Shown: positions 42,567 through 56,280, numbered from the whole stretch's first letter. The stretch is 63,791 nt of DNA, filler included, from Choristocarpus tenellus KU-1152 (GCA_964200185.2; 9 parts of 9 records of this genome joined end to end with filler, not necessarily neighbours in it), one strand, 5' to 3'. Notes: generated from the letters alone by a model not told the origin. A program made the numbers and translations.

Positions 42567-43900
42567 TCAACATGGCCATGGGATAAAATGAAGACTGAAT
42601 AAGCAGCTGATAAACACGGCAAAAAGAATAAGTGGTGTCAGGAAGCCCCACACTCCCCATAAGGATACATTGAGCCTGCACAAATCCAGACAGGAGCAGG
42701 GGTACAAGAGGAGGGAGGACTGAGTTCCATATGTTGGGAAAGTGCACTAGGTGGAGCAAACTGGTGTAAGGCGTCGTGCAGCATGCAGCTACACTTCCAG
42801 TACATGAAATACCTATATAATCTGGCAAGATACGTAACAGAGACATCTTGTGGTGGCTACAATTTGAGGGTCAACTAGCATCGGGCACGTGACCAGGAAG
42901 GGTGTAAAACAAGGACACATGTTGTTGGCAGTGCAAGTTTAGCTCCACTCTGGTTTGGTCACTTACGTCAATGCGCAGATGAGCCCAAGAACAGTTGTCG
43001 TAGGGATTGCACGGGGACTGTAAACATTCCATGAGACCTTGACACCTTTCACATGCGGCAGCCATATGGTAAGGTATGCCATAATAACAATGTTAACACC
43101 GAAGCACAATACTCCCACATTGAACCATAATCTGTGACAGTAAGGGATCGACGCCCATGTCATACCGAGAACATAAGAGAACAAAGCATGTGGGTAAGAG
43201 TGCTGGGGGATGAGTCAAGTGCAGTATTGGAAACTCAAAAAGGTTGTCAACCTCAGGGATTGGAACAGTGTGGTTTGGGTCGATGATTGCGGTGGCAACA
43301 AGACTCGACAGGCGGGCATGGGAATGCAGTAACTATTGCCTCACAAGGTCCTTAAATTGCTTGGACTAAATTCTAAACCAGGTATGGCAAGCATGATGGA
43401 CGGTGTCTGACTGGAACTTGTGGAAGTATTGTAGGTCGTGCAACGCACCGGTTGATCCTCTCGTCTTCAAGAATAACTTTGACAAAGTCGGTTTGATAGA
43501 CCACAAATACCCCAAGAATGACCCAGAAGGCGGCATGAAGCTTATTGGAGATCCGCTCTGCCAACTGAGACCGCTTCCGCTTCTTCTCCTCTTCTTCAGT
43601 TACTGAATTACTGTTACACTCAGGGCGAGTGAGTACAGGTAAGAATCGAGGAGGGGAGGAGGAATTAATTGTGGACGACCAGGAAAAGCGTTGAGAGTAG
43701 TAATGACTCTCTTGGGGTGGCACGGCATAGAACACCAAGCAATGTCAATTTGTAACATACCCAACATTTTGACCGCAACGAAGTTTAAGGTTGCACTACT
43801 CCTCGTAACTACTACTACGAAAGAATCAAAGTCTTCTCGAGGCGTGCACAACTCACCTTCTCGTCTCACCAGTCGAGACCCTGCTATAACGGGCACTCAT
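42567..43900 (-). CDS. TMEM128: Transmembrane protein 128-like, 159 aa, 4 exons
   Basis: Exons 43900-43857, 43610-43449, 43131-42967 and 42675-42567, all GT-AG and in phase (480 nt). Motifs HAAFWVILGVFVVYQTDF, PRAIPTTT and LNVSLWGVWGFLTPLILF parallel TMEM128. Confidence 0.8.
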
Positions 43901-44454
43901 TTTCCCCTCGCTTCGCGGAGACAGGTGAGGTCTGCTTCGTGGTCTCGATCGTGGCGTCGTGGATCTGTCTGGGATACGAGGATTATTCATAGGTTTGATT
44001 ACACTCGCTCCATTTGTCTTCAAGGCAAACGAGGAGGAATTTGGAATGTATCAATCGCCCTGATACTATGTCTCTTCACCACGTTTCCCATGATTGCGAC
44101 CGTGAGCAAGTGGGCAAGAGTTTGTTTTCGGGAGAAGGAACAAACACTAAATTCCCAATCTTTGCCGGACATATGAGAGCCTGCTCGTGCATATTTTTCC
44201 ACCTTCACAGTCTGAATCAGAGTCCTCGATATAGTGTGCCCCCGTCTTCTCCAAGCACTCCAAGATGTCCTTCTCGCTATCTCCCAAGATCAACTCTGCC
44301 TCCGCCATTACAAGTTCCCCCAAGCACCACTTTCATCTCCCCTCTAACGTTATGTTGTACACACGCCTTCCTTGATTTTAGAGGTTGAGATCTACCAATA
44401 GGAAATAGATGCTCCGAAGGGCAAAGTGTAAAGGAACTGCTTTTGTATCACGAA

Positions 44455-47400
44455 ATGCTCCGCGACCTTGCGGGCTTGGGTGAGGGCGGCCCTCGTACTG
44501 ATCATTCTGTGTCCCTGTGTGTCCATTTCTTGGGTTGATTCTGCAAGCTGGAGAATTGACGTTTACAGGGGACTTGGTTAAATTGTATAACCTGTAATCC
44601 CGTCACCTTCTCTATCTATAACCATCTCCAGTTGCCCAGTCTAAATAACAACCGTCTGTTATTTATCACTATTGGTCACCAAAATCAAGAAGAACGTGTT
44701 CAAACTTTACGAGGACAAGTGAGGAGTGACGCTAAAAATTTGAAACTTGTTGTGTTGCATGGTCTTGGAGAATGATTTCCAAAGAAGATTCGTTCGGAGA
44801 AAACATCTGGTGTTGGCGATACGCCAATGTAGAAGGTCTCTATGCTATTCGTTTCTTAGTCAGATCAGATGGTCTTCAAGTTGCCAGGAAGGCCTTCCTT
44901 CTGACAGCAATAAAGTTAACGAGAATGGTCTCACTTTTGCACACAATACACCTTACCCACCCTAGTGTATTCATGGGGTCGCGGGGAGGATGGCCAGCTG
45001 GGCCTGGGTGACACCAACGACCAGGATCATCCGGTTTTGGTGGAAGCCCTCAAGTCGAAAGGAGTGGTGCAAGTGGCCTGCGGAAGTGGCCACACTGTTG
45101 TGCTTACTGGTGAGTAATGTGCATGTATTTTTCACTTATCCTGAGGCGCGACTTTGGAAGTGATCGCGATTCATCGAGTTTAGATGTTTCGACCCCACGC
45201 AAAGGAATTCTCTTCCGTTGCTACTGTGATGACTACACTTGACCACCCCCAATAAAATTCGAATGATACGAATGGATCAACCCCACATATCCTAGTAGTT
45301 GATTATTCAACCTCCCTCCCCTCCTCTATATATTCGCTGAGTTCTATATCTCCAGTTCAACATAGTCTTCACTTGTGCACTCTATCTCCTCCCATGCTGA
45401 ACACCTACGTCCCCTTTTTGCTTCCCATTTGAATGCCGTCTTGTGGGACAGAAAGCGTATCTTTCCTATCCTCACAATCGCAAAAGTCTCTACATGCTTG
45501 ATGCCTGAAAACTCCAAACGGCCATGACTGTCACGTATAAGCAGTATGCTATCAGCAGTTCTTCCGCTGCTTCTGTACCATCCTGTATAGTGTAAGAAAT
45601 GCTCTGCAGCTCTTGGTTGCCTCGCTTCCGCACGTTTTGCTTGCCTTACCTCATGGTTTCCCTCTATTAATAGGAGATGGCGATGTATACACCTGGGGAC
45701 GAGGGGACGATGGGAGACTAGGACATGGGGACAATGGTTGGAAGTATGTCCCACGACTTGTGGAGGGCCTCAAGGGGCAACGAATCGTTCAGGTTTTGAA
45801 TAGGACACTTACCGCTTGGTACTACTCTTTGGATATGTATTGTACTTTAGGTACTTGAATTGGGTTAATGCTAGGGTTAGGACTGAGGTTGACAGGTGCA
45901 GGTACACTTTAGTTGTATATGAATGGGGAAGTCTTTGTTTCCCTCTGTCTGATGGATGAGAATTAAGCAATGGATGTGTATAGTGAAGGTGGTGTTGCAC
46001 ACCTTTGCTGCTTGCTTTGTCGCAGTGGATTACACACCTTTGTTTATTTTTTTTCTCTGAGGGACCCTACCATCTTTATGGGTAAGGGTTAGGAAGATAT
46101 GTTGGGTCTTGTTTTCTTTTGTATCTGCTACTGCATTTTTCAAGTTGATGTTGTGAACCAGGAGTTTTATGGGTCGTTTCCTTGTTAAATCCATTGCAAG
46201 AGTGTAAAGGTCGTGGAAGACAGCTAAGCACACACATTTTTACCTCCCACCCTGACACTAGCAAGTGGTGGGTAGGTCTTGGTCTATGATCTCAATTTTA
46301 ATGTCTCTAGGATTGTCCCGGATCGATTTTCCTACCTTCAATTCAGTGTGTGTCCTAAGGCTGAGCTTAGATGGTGAATAATTTGTTTCAAGAGCCTTGG
46401 GGTAGTTTGCATGTTCTTGGGCATCACTGATAACCCCAGGAATGCAAGTTGATCCTCTTTGCCTTTTATCTGTGCAGGCTACATGTGGGAGCTACCACAC
46501 TGCTGCAGTGACGGAGGCAGGGGAGCTGTACACATGGGGTGGGGGAATGTATGGCAAGGTGAAAATCACAGATGTTTGTCACTATGTCCCCCTCCAATAT
46601 TTCATTTTGTTGTTCACAATCGTGTGCTCTAAAATCCAGCTTCATCTATTGCCTGGTGAATTCACGCCTGACTAAACCATATGTGTGCCCTTTTCTGTCC
46701 TCCACAGACTAGGAGTAGTAATGTGTGTGCTATTTTTATTATGGGAGTGATTCTGGGTTAGGGTTAGGGTTAGTCTCCAAGATACTTCATTCAAGCACTA
46801 GTCTAGTTGTTTTTGTACAGTGATACACATCTCTGTCTATAGGTGTATTATACTGCACACTTTACCTTCACCGACTACTACCACTGTCCCTGTTCATAGT
46901 AACACACACCCTTGCAGTTTTTTCCATGAAGGAGAGTTCTCCATCATGGCAATATACCAAGACATCTGTCCACTACTCACCAACTCTCAACGCGGACATT
47001 CCCCATCCTCTTCACCACTTTCTGACACTAGCTGGGGCATGGTAACGAAAGCGGTCACCCGCGGCCTTGCTTGGTGCGGCATCTTGTGGAGGAGGGTGCC
47101 AAGGTGACCCAGATTGCATGCGGCAGCCGCCACACAGTGGTACTCACCAGTGCAGGCCAGGTGATTTAGCTCTAGGGTTGATACAACCATAGACTTCTTC
47201 TACTTCAAGAGCAATAATGGTAGAGGTTGATAAGTTTGGCCAATCCTTTTTCCTGGGGTACCTGGATTACTGTGGTTGATATTGCTCTCGGTTACACCTA
47301 ACCCTAACCCTAAGGACTTCCTCTGCAATGAACATGAACAATGAACAGCATTAGATATATAGCGTACCTCGCAATGGTTTGTACATTTTGTTAAGAGAGT

Positions 47401-49153
47401 ATAACAGGAGAGATGACAGAAGGATGTACACTGAGAGGAGATACAGGCCTTCAAGGTCAGGTTTATCTCAAGACTGACATCAGGATGCAGGTGTCCATAT
47501 CTCTCTACAGATATAGTGAACTACACTTAACACACAGTCAAGTATAACATGTCATGACATGACATGGTGCTGGAGATCATTTCGGTCAGGGACGTTTAGG
47601 TAGCCAAAGATGAACAATTGGAAGGACCTGTTTGTTGGTTTTTGTCCCTAAGGTGTACACTTGGGGGGATAAGGAAAATGGCGTGGTGGGGCATACGGAC
47701 TCGGATGGGCATCAGTATGTCCCACGGATGCTGGAGTCGCTTCGGGGGAAGTTAATGAAACAGGTTGCTGCCTGTGGGTTTCATACTGCGGCCTTGACAG
47801 ACAAGGGCGAGGTGTTCACCTGGGGCGAGGGTGAGAAAGATGCCTATAAACCTTCCTGCAGTGTTGCTTGTTGTTTCCTCTGTATGTTAGGTTTTCAGTA
47901 TATTGTGAGTATGTTGTTTCCTCTGTAAGTTAGGCTGTCAGTATGTTGTCAGTATGTTATTTCCTCTGTAAGTTAGACTGTCAGTATGTTGTCAGTATGT
48001 TCATAATTTGGGAATGTTGCTGTTTAGAGTGTTTTTGTTCCAGTGTGAATTTTCATCTACCAATAGTGTAGTGCAATACTTTGAATTTCAAAGTTGTGTG
48101 TGTGTGCGTGTGCGTGTGTGTATTGGATCAAACATAGTGGTGTCCAATTCCACCTGCTCTGGGCAGCTTGCAAGGAGAGTTTTTTTTGTAAGATTCTAAT
48201 AAAGTCTCTATTACCTTTCTATGTGACATGTTGTAGAGCAGGGTGTATGAGGAAACATGGGGGAAGTATTTGGACAAACTCAGCTCATTATTATGCCACC
48301 TTAGTAGTAGAGCGTTTAAAGAAGCTGTCTGTCTTTGTTGTGGTCTTTGCCCTCAATGCTGCTTCTGGTCAGGATAATAATTGCTTCATTTTATCTTCCA
48401 TGTTTTCATTTTTGGTTCAGGAATGAAGTACCCACGTCGTTGAATAAGAGCTGCTTGGTATGAAACTTCACCTTAGTGGTTTGTTGTCACTTACCCTGCT
48501 ATGCCTTTATTTAGATTGTTAATTGGGACAAATGCTCCCAAATCCCTCCCTCATTGAAAAGGAAAATTTGGAAGGCTAGGTCATGGAACAGAGAGGAATC
48601 AATTGGTGCCCCGAATGGTGGAGGTGAGTGATTAATTCCATTGATATTCCATTGATAATTCCTACGAGGTCGTAGATCTTGATTTTGCCGACCATAGGCG
48701 CCTTTTCAAAAAATAAAAATGAAGGTGCACGTGTGGGAGGGTGGTCAAACCTGAGGGACGTGGGGGGTGGATAACAAAGGCTTTTGTTGTTTTTTGTGCT
48801 GGAGAAGCAGCATATTGCCTTGGAATTGAATTCACTTGGTGTGTGCTTGGAACTTAATTACATAGCAAATGTACTGATGATGATGCAAGAATGGGGTTTG
48901 CATGATGTCTGGAGGCGTGGAATCACTCTGGGCTACTACTTTCTCACATAGTTTGGTTATGCAAGGTTGATAACCTTCTCAATCCATCTCATCTATGCCC
49001 CTCCTCCCCCCACCCCCTCCTTCAAATCTGTACATTCCACTCAAGGCCTTGATGGGGAAAAAGGTGCGGCATGTGGCATGTGGTGGATTTCACTCTGCTG
49101 CTATCTTAGAGACTGGCGAGCTGTACACCTGGGGAGGAGGGGAACACGGGCAG
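44455..49153 (+). CDS. RCC1-repeat protein (probably RCC1+BTB type), 3'-truncated by contig end
   Basis: Exons 44455-44479, 44966-45109, 45674-45792, 46478-46558, 47032-47160, 47653-47830, 48562-48623 and 49046-49153, all in phase. Repeated V(Y/F)(S/T)WG..G.LG.G and ACG..HT motifs. BTB domain not seen. Confidence 0.93.
47870..48001. repeat. Intronic ~43-bp tandem repeat
   Basis: TTTCCTCTGTAAGTTAG(G/A)CTGTCAGTATGTTGTCAGTATGTT repeated. Confidence 0.8.
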
Positions 49154-49282
49154 GTTGGGTATACCTCCTCTCCCATCCCCCCCTGTGTGACATAGACCTA
49201 TCTCTCTGTCCAAGTTCCCTTTCCCCGCCCGCCCTGCCCTGTTCTAAATTGTTGAGGCTGTTACTATGCTTGTGGCCCTCCC

Positions 49283-49382
49283 NNNNNNNNNNNNNNNNNN
49301 NNNNNNNNNNNNNNNNNNNNNNNNNNTTAATTAATTAANNNNNNNNNNNNNNNNNNNNNNNNNNNNNNNNNNNNNNNNNNNN
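49283..49382. other. Artificial contig linker
   Basis: N44-TTAATTAATTAA-N44. Confidence 0.98.
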
Positions 49383-49447
49383 ACCAGCCACCAAAGGATA
49401 GCTCACCCCCCCCCCCCCCCCCCCTTTGGTTTTTGTACTGCTTGCAG

Positions 49448-50656
49448 GGCCGTGACCTGGAGGGAAAAAATAACACAAGCGGCCTCTCCGCTGCAAACCT
49501 GAGCATGATGTACACAGTCTACCGCGGGCACATGCACCCAGCTACGATGTTCGCAGCACTCCTGAAGGAGGTGAGATAGACGATCAACCGTTTCGCCTTC
49601 CGGGAGGGGTGAGTTAGGTCAAGAAGAATGCCCACCATGCAAGAGCAATGCAGTTGATGCTACTCGGTTGTCTCTACTGCAGGCGATTTTACCATCAGCG
49701 GGCTCAAGTAGAGTCCTGCTGCGGTCGAGCTGCCAAGCATGTCGTGACTTGTAAGAAACGCGCGTCTGATAGTGCTGCATAGGGGAGAGAGATGAGAACT
49801 GACGACGGCTCTGCTTAGACGTCCTTCATTGTACGTGACCGGCGTGTCTGCAACGGGTGGGGGGTTGTGAGGTGTAATAGAGCGCACTGGACATAGTAGT
49901 AGAGTGTTGCGTATAGCACCTGGTTGGATCGCTTTGATTCAGTGGATCAAGCAAACGCTTGATATCAAAGTCGGGGCGGGGTCCGATTTACTTGAGCTAC
50001 TTCTACGTGCGTATGCGAGCTGCGAGCTTTATGCTGAAAGTGTTTATTTTATAATTTTTCGAGTGCTCATCGGTAGTGAAGCGTTCAGCGCTCTTGCTCG
50101 GCGCTCTTGCTCACCCTCCCCTCGTGTCCCACACACATTCACACAGTTGAAAATAGAAAATGTATGTATGTATGTATGTACGTATGTATGTATCTGTGTA
50201 TTTGGTTTTGTCTTGGTTGTGAGACCTTTCGATTTCCCAACGCTTTGCGCAATTCCATCCCTGTTTTTGTTGATCATCATTCTACAGGTTGGATTCGACC
50301 ACGAGTTGCTCCTGGATTGGCTGATCTCTCCAGAGACCAGGTTCTTGACCTACCTCACAGGGTTCCTAAAGATGGTGGTAGGCGACTGGCCAGGGTTTGT
50401 AGTGCACACCGTTGGAGTAGCAATCCCTCCCAATGATGAAGGAGATGAGGAGGTGGTACTCAGCGGAATGGAAGCTGAAGGTGTGAGCAAGGTAATGTCT
50501 TGCCTGGCAGGGCTGTCATCGTCGGCAGGGAGATTACAAGGTCGAGGTCTGACCCCTTTTAACCTGATGCCTCTTTTGCAGCGCATGGACAGAGTATTGG
50601 AGTTGTTTGATGAGTGCACCCATGATGAGGATGAGGATGAGGTGGAAGCTTCTTGA
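49448..50656 (+). CDS. Last two exons of a Lines (LINS1-like) protein
   Basis: Exons 49448-49570 and 50288-50656 join in phase 0: HPATMFAALLKE|VGFDHELLLDWLISPETRFLTYLTGFLK (Lines_C-type motif) and a later PFNLMPLLQRM. Confidence 0.78.
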
Positions 50657-53039
50657 GAGAGTGTTGAAGATGTTGGGCAGTTGCGGGGACCTAGGATGTA
50701 GAAAGCCTTCTTGTGAGATTATTGGCGGTGCTTCATCTTCATCAGTTACATTACCTTGAGAGGTTTGATCGAAAGAACCAGTGCAGGATTTCGGCTCTAG
50801 GAGAACCTCCGGTTCAATCCACTTTCATTGTTATAAGATTAGCTACATACTCCAGGTGTGGCACAACCACTCACTGTGAGACAGTCCACAAAATGAAGGA
50901 TGAAGGATGGGGTGTTTACTGTTTCAAAACCAGGTACAATGCCTGGGTGGAGTGCTCCGGTCTTTGTGTCACCCATGTCATCTTGCTGGCTTCCTCGTCT
51001 GCATTCTATTACGTTTTGGAGTGTGACTCCCAAGTCTGATCACTGTCGTTGCATGATTGTCCCAGGTAACGGTACAATAAATCTTTGTCTTGACGTGTCA
51101 TGCTTCACAAGCTTTACAGTACTAACGTCATCACCAACACCATACTTCTCGATATTGTTTATGCAAATATTTCAGTAGTAGAAGATGAACCGGCCTTACG
51201 TTTTTCGATGTATTCAATTTAACTCGTGGGATAACCCATGCTTCACCCGGCTGAGTGTCTTTGCTGCGAGTCAAATGACCCCCCGTCTGGTGAGGGGCGC
51301 TGCTGGAGGCAAAACACAGCTTGGGTACTGTTCCTTTGAGTGCTCCTTTCCCACTAATAGATACACTCCATTGTAATGTGTGAGATGCGTTTACATGTTT
51401 GTGTGTATGTTCTACAGAAGAAGAGGGGATTGGAGAGTTGTAAGCTCCACTGTCCATATCAATTGTTGGGAGCCCTCAATCGTCTTATGTGATTTCATGA
51501 TGGACCCGAGTAACATTTTTGCTAGACCCATCACCAGAGTATAGCAGAGAACAAGTTAGAGGCGAGATGGAAGGTGGGTTAAATCTTGGAGTGGTATTGA
51601 ACAAAGAAGCAACTAAAAAATGACATAATAATCTGAAGTAATTGATTACTACTACAAAACGTTAAATGCGAAAGAAGGAACGGGGTATGCGCGATCGCTG
51701 TCAATATTATAGAACTGGAATCACCAGAGAGATGGGCACGGAGGGGTTTGTGGGATTCTTGGGATGTCTCCCTAGCTCCTCTCCCCGGGGCAAAGGTATA
51801 GGTAGATTGGATACACAGGAAGGCAGTAGTACAACATAGATAGTCGTGAAGTAACAAATGAATTAGTGTCTTTCACATTTATGATATTTTATTTCTTTAG
51901 GGCTTATACTGACAATATGAATAGTTTTCATTGGTTTCCCCCCTGACACGTTTGCAAAATGTCAGAGGGCATAATAATAAAATGTAGAATGTTGACCTTT
52001 TTTGTGTTTTTTTTGTGGAAGGTTTGACAGGTGACAGGTGACTTCTACTCTTCATTCCTCCTTCAAGCGCTTCCAATTTATCTTTTACCTCCCTATGGCA
52101 ACTACTTTTCCTCCCACTCAAATGTCAGCATTCGTTGTGGGTGACTATCATTGTACTTGTGAAGAATTGTTGACGAGTTTGAGGTGCAGGAAGGGGTCCA
52201 CCAAGGAATAAGCGGACTACCAGTAAGTCGGTAGGTATATCCCACTTCAAATTTCTTCGGCTCCATCCATCCTCGACATCCTGCACATATCCTCCAAGCG
52301 ATCCTTGCACTGGCTGGACTTTGAGTGGATACCAACCACTGCCCAAGTTGATTCCATGGCATCTTTGTTACGACTTCCCTGTTGAATGCTGTACCAGCCA
52401 CACACTCCAAACTTAGATCTATGCCTTGGTGGGTCGTGATACGATGGTCCTACTCCAGCAAGCGAACCATCTCGACCATTGATAGCTAACATTTTATCTA
52501 CAAGGCAGGTTCTGCATCTTCATCTTACGCTTCATCTTCCTTGCCATCATCCTCCACACGCTTAAGGGCATATCCAGCAGATGGGTTGACATCATACTCG
52601 CTTAGGAACCCACCCTCACAGTCTTCAGAGTACCTGGGGACACCTCATGACTTGTTAAAGGTGAGTTGAGCAGGAAGGCTTTGCAGGAAATCGCAGAAGT
52701 GGGAGTTACACAATGCTTGGATGGATCCAAGGCCGTTGCTTGAACCGTTGTCAAAGTAATCGACAGATAGGCAGATTTGGATCCTTTTGCACTCTAAGTA
52801 ATCTTTGTTACCCTGTCTAATGCACTATATTCCATCAATTTACGTGCACGATAGTGTACACAAAATTGATGTTCCCCCTTTCCACACACAAAGTAACACC
52901 ACAATTCAGGAAGGGAGGACTCTTCCAGCAACTGTACAAAATGGTGTCTTATTGCCATTTATCGGGATCTTTATAATGCAACCTTGCCTACCTCTCCATT
53001 ACTTTGCTCTGTGTCTGTCCCATATCTATATTATACTAA

Positions 53040-53402
53040 GTGGCGACTTGAGCAACAGTTTTTTACAACAGTTTTTTAGAATTGTCAATGACACATTGCT
53101 TGGATGAACCAAACCATTTTATAACCGTTTTGCCCACCCCATATCCGTAAGATACCAATGACGACTTGAACTGAGCATTTGGCAGCAATTTGCAGAAGTT
53201 TCAGTTACACATCGTTGGATGGATACAAAACCGTTGTTTGACAGCTTTACCTACCCCATATCCGTAAGATAACAATGGTGGCTTAAGCAGCACTATTTTG
53301 ACAGCAATTTGCAAAAGTGTTAGTTATATACTGTTTTATGGAACTAAAACTATGGTCGTTTTAGCTGTACCTTATCCATAAGCTACCAATGGCAACTTGA
53401 GT
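53040..53402. repeat. Diverged ~118-bp tandem repeat, 3 copies
   Basis: CCATATCCGTAAGATA at ~53139 and ~53257, and a variant at ~53370. Confidence 0.8.
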
Positions 53403-53424
53403 GGGGTCAAAGTATCTGGGGGGG

Positions 53425-53524
53425 NNNNNNNNNNNNNNNNNNNNNNNNNNNNNNNNNNNNNNNNNNNNTTAATTAATTAANNNNNNNNNNNNNNNNNNNN
53501 NNNNNNNNNNNNNNNNNNNNNNNN
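53425..53524. other. Artificial contig linker
   Basis: N44-TTAATTAATTAA-N44. Confidence 0.98.
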
Positions 53525-53596
53525 AACACACCACCTAGCAAAGAAAAACAAGAAAAAAAAAAAAAGTGGGGGGCTTTTGTGAGGAGCGCAAAAGAA

Positions 53597-53641
<45 letters not shown>

Positions 53642-53895
53642 GAATATTCTTGCACGGCACACTGCATTAAATTGGATGTCACCCAGTGCACAATACCAAA
53701 GACCCTTGGATAGTCAACTGGTCCACATCCCAAATACATTACAGGAGGTGAAATCATAACAGGTACATTGCATGACACAACTTGAATGGTTTCTGTGCTG
53801 TACTGGAAGTATGTGGCAAAATACTCAAGTTTTATCATGCACACAGTGTGGCTGTACCAGTACTTAGCACTTCTTTTGAACACAAGAAGACATAC

Positions 53896-56280
53896 CTCTG
53901 TTGTCTGTGTCCTTTCGAATCCGTTGCTGAAGCCTTCGATGTCCATGAAGAGCTTCTCCACACCCGATAGCATCTCAATCACATTGGGAAAGTGCACAAA
54001 GGGAGCTTGATTTGCCACATTCTTCATAAAGCACTCACGGGTGAGAAACCTGCATGGATGTCATCCCCCCACCCCCAGAAATGCACACACCAACATACAT
54101 AATTTGCAGTAGACCCAGTCAAGCAAAAACAGGGACGAGGGGCAATGGTGCTACAGATCAGGCATGTGAACAGGATGCTACTTAGTAAGGAAAACATGCT
54201 TGCATTTTTCAGGAGGGAGGGGCTCGCACAATCTTTGAAAGTTCTGCTGGATAAATGGTTATGTCAATGCTGTAAACCAGGCACCAAAGGCTCTTTGCTG
54301 GCACTGATGACAACATTAGGACAGTCAAACGCAAGAATGCTTCCAGGTCTGGCAGTGGAATCTTAGATTCGTTTGTGCAAGGTCATAAACCAAAGGGTGT
54401 ATGTAAGTTGCAAGCTATGAACACTAGAGCACGAAACACTCAACTCACTCCGAGGTATCTCCCAGATCAGATAAGGGACTCAACTATGGTTTAAGGTTTT
54501 AAGCAGACAATAAAAAAAAAATTGTGGCAACCAAATCACCCAAAACACACGACATAGAAAAATTGGCCCTGAATGAAGACCCAATGCCTCCCCCCCCCAG
54601 ATACTTTGAGTCAACACATGGACAGGGGTGGGGGGAAACATGTACTACCAACTAGGCTCGTCCTGGCACGCACCCAGTGACCTTGTCATGCTTTTTGAGT
54701 ATCTTGCTGAATCCACAGTAGTTCATGACAGCATAGTTCTCAAGGAGGAGCAGATCCTTGTAGAGTTTCACACATGCCTCCATCAGTCTCTTGTGTGGTT
54801 CGCCATCTTGAATGATGTCTCGACAGTTTAGTTGCCGCCATCCTTCCTGCACATGTTGTCGACGCACCATGAACTGGAGGGGATGCAGGTCAGGTGGGAA
54901 TGGGGGCACACCTGAGAAGGACGCAAGAAAATCATCTTCACTAGTACAAAGCACCAAACACAACAATTTACCATTCTGCGTCCATAGCAACTGAAATTTG
55001 TCAAGGGCTGTCTTGTGAAAAAAATCTTATTTAAATACACTAGTAGCGTTAGGTGTGCAAACAAAGGACAAGAATTTCGTAAAGGGAAAACGAACACATT
55101 GCCCTTGAGCAGACTTTGAGCGTAACAGTGGCATTGTAAAAAATATTGAAAACACCGTTTGACCAAGCAGAAGAATGCATGTCCAGAAGAGAATTTCGTC
55201 AAGGGAAAACGATCGCATTGCCCTTGAGCAGACTTTGAGCATAACTAACATTGACGTTGTACAAAATATTGAAAACACCGTTTGACCAAGCAGAAGAATG
55301 CATGTCCAGAAGAGAGCTAGACACATTTCTCATTTGTCCAGTTGGCTCATCCTCACCTGAGCTTCTACGCTAGTGAAGAACTCAGAGCACTTCTTCAGCT
55401 CCTGGAATAGCACTGTTTGTAACACACACAGGCATGTAGAAAATGCTTATCATTAAAGGGAAAATGACCTTATGGTATTTTCACTAGTTGCGGGAGGATA
55501 ATAGAATCCTTACCGAGCCGTTCCTCAATGGTATACGAACAGCGGTGACAGCAGTGGTAAAAATCAAACAACTGCATGGGATTAGGAGGTCGGCAAAACT
55601 GTTCTATGTCTGCACAGGAAACTTGATGTCGAGACTGGACCATGCTTGATACACTGATTCTTGGTGGCAATGGGAAACCCCGCCCTAAGCTCTATTTGAC
55701 TCAGATCAACCGTATCTACCATAAATGCTCATGACGAGAGGTTGTATGGATTTGCCGTTCCATGGCTACATTCCTCCCCGTCCTATTGCTTCTCCGCTAT
55801 TACAAGTACAAGGCGGTGAGATTCGCCAAAATCCCTTGTAATGGTACCAACTTCTTTGCTACTCACGCTTGTAGAAGGCGATCTCCCCAGCCGATCGGGC
55901 GATTGCTTCAGGGGTGCTACGCGAGTCCATAGCCCTTCCCCCGCCTTCCACCCGACCTGCACCTGCCTGCATTTCCAATGACTTTAGAAGGCAACAAGAT
56001 TACGGTGGGAGATGGGCTTAGCTATCAAATGCATGCGAATATTCCCATTGTTGACAGTATCTGCCAAACGCAGAGTATCCTGGGACAGAACCTTCATCCT
56101 GAAAATAGCATCTACACTTTTACACTCTATTTGATGTAATCATTACTGGGTTATGGACTGACAAGGGCAGCACAGCCTTACCTTAACCTTCTTCTTGAGG
56201 AGCTTGTAGTTCATCCAAAAAGGTGTCCACTCAGGGTCAGAGAGCTCCACCACACGAGCTATGTTCTTTCCGAACTTCAT
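53896..56280 (-). CDS. SPX-domain protein (phosphate/InsP sensing), 3'-truncated by contig end
   Basis: Exons 56280-56182 (MKFGKNI...WMNYKLLKKKVK), 55981-55867, 55412-55357 (QELKKCSEFF), 54873-54674 (LLLLENYAVMNYCGFSKILKKHDKVTG) and 54049-53896, all in phase. Confidence 0.95.
55070..55316. repeat. Intronic ~120-bp direct duplication
   Basis: CATTGCCCTTGAGCAGACTTTGAGC and AAAATATTGAAAACACCGTTTGACCAAGCAGAAGAATGCATGTCCAGAAGAG each occur twice. Confidence 0.92.

Noticed and set aside
46755-46773. Telomere (also ~2261, ~23772, ~47297, ~63113)
   Set aside because: Only 2-4 TTAGGG units at internal or intronic positions; these are interstitial repeats.
49153-49448. RCC1 and Lines exons as one fused gene
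   Set aside because: They are separated by an artificial linker and lie on different contigs.
49904-50287. N-terminal half of the 250-aa ORF
   Set aside because: Intron read-through containing (TATG)n; the real exon starts after the CAG at 50285-50287.
52100-53896. Continuation of the SPX gene into 52-53 kb
   Set aside because: It crosses a linker, and the candidate frame has multiple stops.
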